Part shown: positions 7,225 through 10,008 of the stretch, in pieces
Numbering within the stretch: position 1 is the stretch's first letter
Layout: every line of letters starts with the position of its first letter
Origin: PVC group bacterium
GTDB lineage: Bacteria > GCA-001730085 > JADFSZ01
DNA: 10,008 nt
Direction of reading: 5' to 3'
Assembly (NCBI GenBank): GCA_022560555.1
Contig: JADFSZ010000050.1
Span: forward strand, 1-10,008
Notes under the pieces: model-generated
What the model was told of the DNA's origin: nothing
Seen by the model: only the letters and a program-made list of their open reading frames with translations
Databases searched by the model: none
Made by a program: the position numbers and the translations under genes

Positions 7225-7259
7225 TCAATCATCAATATTCAATAGTCATTTGTCATTTG
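7225..7259 (+). repeat. Five tandem heptamers TCAATCA TCAATAT TCAATAG TCATTTG TCATTTG upstream of the rpoB start
   Basis: TCAWT begins at 7225, 7232, 7239, 7246 and 7253, an exact 7-nt period. The array ends 13 nt before the rpoB ATG. Confidence 0.7.
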
Positions 7260-7272
7260 ACTGGGGGCTCCC

Positions 7273-10008
7273 ATGGTGGACCAAAATAAACATGTTTCGC
7301 GGATGAATTTTCAGAAGCTCACCGATCCTATCGAAATGCCGTTTTTGATCGACACACAAAGGATTTCGTATGAGGCTTTTCTTAAGACCGGTATTAAAGA
7401 AGTTTTTAAAGAAGTATTCCCGATTGAAAGCTATGACGGGACTATGCGCCTGGATTACGTAAGATGTTATTTTGAGAAGGCAAAATACGATATTCCGGAG
7501 TGTATTCGTCGTGGACTAACGTTTGCGTCTCCTCTGATGGTGAAGCTGCGGCTTCGCCAGAGCAAGGATATCCGGGAGCAGGATATTTATCTTGGCGATA
7601 TTCCCCTGATGACCAAAACAGGAACGTTTGTGATTAACGGCGCGGAGCGTGTCGTTGTGAACCAGCTTCAAAGGTCCCCGGGATTATGCTTTGAGAAAAA
7701 ACTTCATCCCAACGGTAAAAGCCTTTATTCTGTTCGTATCATTCCCTATCGTGGGGCATGGTTGGAATTTGAATTTGATGTTAACGACATATTGTATGTT
7801 GTTATCGACCGGCGCCGTAAAATGCTCGCAACCACCCTTCTCAGATGTTTGAAATATGTGACGGATGAGGAAATTCTCAAACTTTTTTATGAGACAGAAA
7901 AAATTAAACTTGCCGGCAAGGTTTCCGAAAAAAAGATCATCGGAAGAATTCTCGCTCAAGATGTTATTGATCCTAAGACGAAAGACATTTTAGCCACCGT
8001 GAATGAAGAGATCACAACAACGATCTTAAAGACATTTGAGCACGCGGGGGTTACAAAGATTGAGCTTAAGAAAGCGAGTGAAGACAATTCAATCGTTAAT
8101 ACACTTGTGAAGGATATCAAAAAAACACAGGATGAAGCCTTTGTGGATTTTTACAGACGTCTCAGGCCGGGCGATCCGCCGTCACTCGAAAGTGCGAAGG
8201 GACTCATTCACCGCATGTTTTTTGACCCCAAACACTATGATTTAGCCCGTGTGGGGAGATTTAAGCTTAATCAAAAACTCAACCTTAAGAACGTGGATCT
8301 AAACGAACGGCTTCTCAGACCCATTGATATTGTTGAAGCGATCCGGCAGTTGATTTCCCTGAAAAACGGGAGGGGATTGGTGGATGATATTGATCATTTA
8401 GGAAACCGGCGCGTGCGAACTGTCGGCGAACTTGTGCAAAATCAGTTTCATATCGGCCTGGCCCGTTTGGAGAGATCTATTCGGGAGCGTATGAGCATTC
8501 ATGACGATGAAAGTGTTACGCCTCACAACCTGATCAACTCTAAACTCGTATCCTCTACCATTAAAGATTTCTTTCAGCGCAGTCAATTGTCACAGTTTAT
8601 GGATCAAGTGAATCCCTTGTCCGAGTTGACGCACAAGCGTCGTCTGAGCGCACTGGGGCCCGGTGGATTGAGTCGGGAACGTGCGGGATTTGAAGTGCGC
8701 GATGTGCATTACACGCATTACGGACGTGTGTGTCCCATTGAAACACCGGAAGGTCCGAATATCGGACTCATTTCGTCCTTGTCAACGTATGCGCGCGTGA
8801 ACGAGCTTGGATTTATCGAAACGCCTTATCGTATCGTCAAAGATGGCGTTGTGACTAGTAAAATTGATTATCTTTCAGCCGATATTGAAGATGAATCCGT
8901 TATTGCTCAGGCCAACGCACCGTTGGATGAAAAAGGGAAATTCCTCAACAAGGAAGTCCTGTGCCGGGCTCGAGGTGATTTTCCTAAAAAAGATCCGAAA
9001 GATATCGATTATATGGATGTGTCCCCTAAGCAACTCGTGAGTGTGGCCGCATCATTGATCCCATTTTTGGAACACGACGATGCGAACCGGGCCCTGATGG
9101 GATCGAACATGCAGCGTCAGGCTGTTCCTTTGCTTTATCCCGAAGAACCTGTTGTCGGCACCGGGATGGAATATAAAGTGGCTAAAGACTCCGGCGCTAT
9201 GATCATTGCTGATCGTGCGGGCGAAGTGAAAGAGGCCACAAGCAGACGTATTGTCATCAAAACCAAAGCCGGGACCGATGAATATATTCTCAAAAAATTC
9301 CAACGTTCCAATTCAGGAACATGTATCAATCAACGTCCTCTGGTTAAGCGGGGAGATAAAGTTTTCACGCATCAGGTTATCGGCGATGGCCCCGCAACGA
9401 AAAACGGAGAATTGGCTTTAGGACAAAACGTTCTTGTCGCGTTCATGCCCTGGGAAGGTTATAACTTCGAAGATGCCATTATTGTCAGTGAGCGGCTCAT
9501 CAAAGACAATATCTATACCTCCATTCATATAGAAGAGTTTACTGTTGAAGCTCGTGATACAAAACTCGGAAAAGAAGAAATCACACGTGATATTCCAAAT
9601 GTGTCCGAAGACGCTCTGCGTAATTTAGACGACGAAGGAATTATTTGTATGGGAGCCGAGGTTAAGCCGGGAGACATTCTTGTCGGGAAAATCACCCCTA
9701 AAAGCGAAACGGAGCTTTCTCCGGAAGAAAAGCTTTTACGTGCTATTTTTGGTGAGAAAGCCGGCGATGTTCGCGATGCTTCTCTTGTGGTCCCTCCCGG
9801 AGTGGAGGGAATCGTGATCGGAACAGACGTTTTTTCCCGTAAGGACAAGGGACATACAGATGATGAGCGTATCAAAGAGATTAAAGAAATTGATCGGATC
9901 AAAAAAGAGACTAAAGAACAGATTGAAGAAGTGGTTACCGTTCGCGATGAACTATTACGCGAATGCTTAGTAGGGCAAGTACTTGAGGAAAGTTTGATGG
10001 ATCAGGAA
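7273..10008 (+). CDS. rpoB: DNA-directed RNA polymerase beta subunit, N-terminal 912 codons; continues beyond the window
   Basis: Absent from the ORF track because no stop occurs before the window end. I translated frame 1 by hand from ATG 7273; an in-frame TGA at 7258-7260 bounds it upstream. The product is [13 protein letters not shown]...[21 protein letters not shown]...[17 protein letters not shown]...[43 protein letters not shown]...[24 protein letters not shown]...[13 protein letters not shown], collinear with E. coli RpoB. Confidence 0.97.
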   Translation, partial: MVDQNKHVSRMNFQKLTDPIEMPFLIDTQRISYEAFLKTGIKEVFKEVFPIESYDGTMRLDYVRCYFEKAKYDIPECIRRGLTFASPLMVKLRLRQSKDIREQDIYLGDIPLMTKTGTFVINGAERVVVNQLQRSPGLCFEKKLHPNGKSLYSVRIIPYRGAWLEFEFDVNDILYVVIDRRRKMLATTLLRCLKYVTDEEILKLFYETEKIKLAGKVSEKKIIGRILAQDVIDPKTKDILATVNEEITTTILKTFEHAGVTKIELKKASEDNSIVNTLVKDIKKTQDEAFVDFYRRLRPGDPPSLESAKGLIHRMFFDPKHYDLARVGRFKLNQKLNLKNVDLNERLLRPIDIVEAIRQLISLKNGRGLVDDIDHLGNRRVRTVGELVQNQFHIGLARLERSIRERMSIHDDESVTPHNLINSKLVSSTIKDFFQRSQLSQFMDQVNPLSELTHKRRLSALGPGGLSRERAGFEVRDVHYTHYGRVCPIETPEGPNIGLISSLSTYARVNELGFIETPYRIVKDGVVTSKIDYLSADIEDESVIAQANAPLDEKGKFLNKEVLCRARGDFPKKDPKDIDYMDVSPKQLVSVAASLIPFLEHDDANRALMGSNMQRQAVPLLYPEEPVVGTGMEYKVAKDSGAMIIADRAGEVKEATSRRIVIKTKAGTDEYILKKFQRSNSGTCINQRPLVKRGDKVFTHQVIGDGPATKNGELALGQNVLVAFMPWEGYNFEDAIIVSERLIKDNIYTSIHIEEFTVEARDTKLGKEEITRDIPNVSEDALRNLDDEGIICMGAEVKPGDILVGKITPKSETELSPEEKLLRAIFGEKAGDVRDASLVVPPGVEGIVIGTDVFSRKDKGHTDDERIKEIKEIDRIKKETKEQIEEVVTVRDELLRECLVGQVLEESLMDQE

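Noticed and set aside
7107-7289. 60-aa highly basic plus-strand ORF overlapping the rplL 3' end and the rplL-rpoB spacer
   Set aside because: It is in an alternative frame to rplL, starts at a non-ATG codon, runs through the hairpins and heptamer array, and ends inside rpoB. There are no translation signals.
7684-9902. Five minus-strand ORFs (7684..7959, 8398..8586, 9052..9303, 9135..9329, 9525..9902)
   Set aside because: All lie antisense to the continuous, highly conserved rpoB reading frame, which the track omitted only because it has no stop in the window.

Overview
The window is one co-directional (+ strand) block of core translation and transcription genes with the classic bacterial order: membrane-anchored TPR-like protein, rsmD, coaD, a strong consensus promoter, tRNA-Thr(GGU), tuf, rpmG, tRNA-Trp(CCA), secE, nusG, rplK, rplA, rplJ, rplL, then rpoB, which runs off the 3' end. 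Two real genes are missing from the supplied ORF track. rpmG (50 codons) is too short to be listed, and rpoB (7273..10008) has no stop inside the window. Both tRNAs were found by hand-folding. Several track ORFs begin at upstream alternative start codons and were trimmed to ATG starts with a Shine-Dalgarno (SD) sequence. I see no mobile element, defence system, CRISPR array, toxin-antitoxin pair or other accessory cargo, so I do not claim a novel multi-gene system here. The unexplained signals are non-coding or protein-level. (1) Two inverted arrays of a 7-nt repeat (CATGCGN) bracket a 102-nt A-rich spacer between tuf and rpmG. (2) A second exact period-7 array (TCAWTNN x5) follows two hairpins just upstream of rpoB. 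(3) A perfect -35/-10 promoter drives a roughly 150-nt hairpin-rich leader before tRNA-Thr. (4) A CGCG-core motif cluster sits in the nusG-rplK spacer. (5) EF-Tu has a divergent, 5-residue-longer switch-I region, and its gene has higher GC and different codon usage than its neighbours. (6) L10 carries an approximately 80-residue low-complexity C-terminal tail, and there is no room for an L10 leader. The EF-Tu switch-I signature and roughly 42% GC suggest, from memory only, a PVC-group or related uncultivated lineage; this needs a database search.
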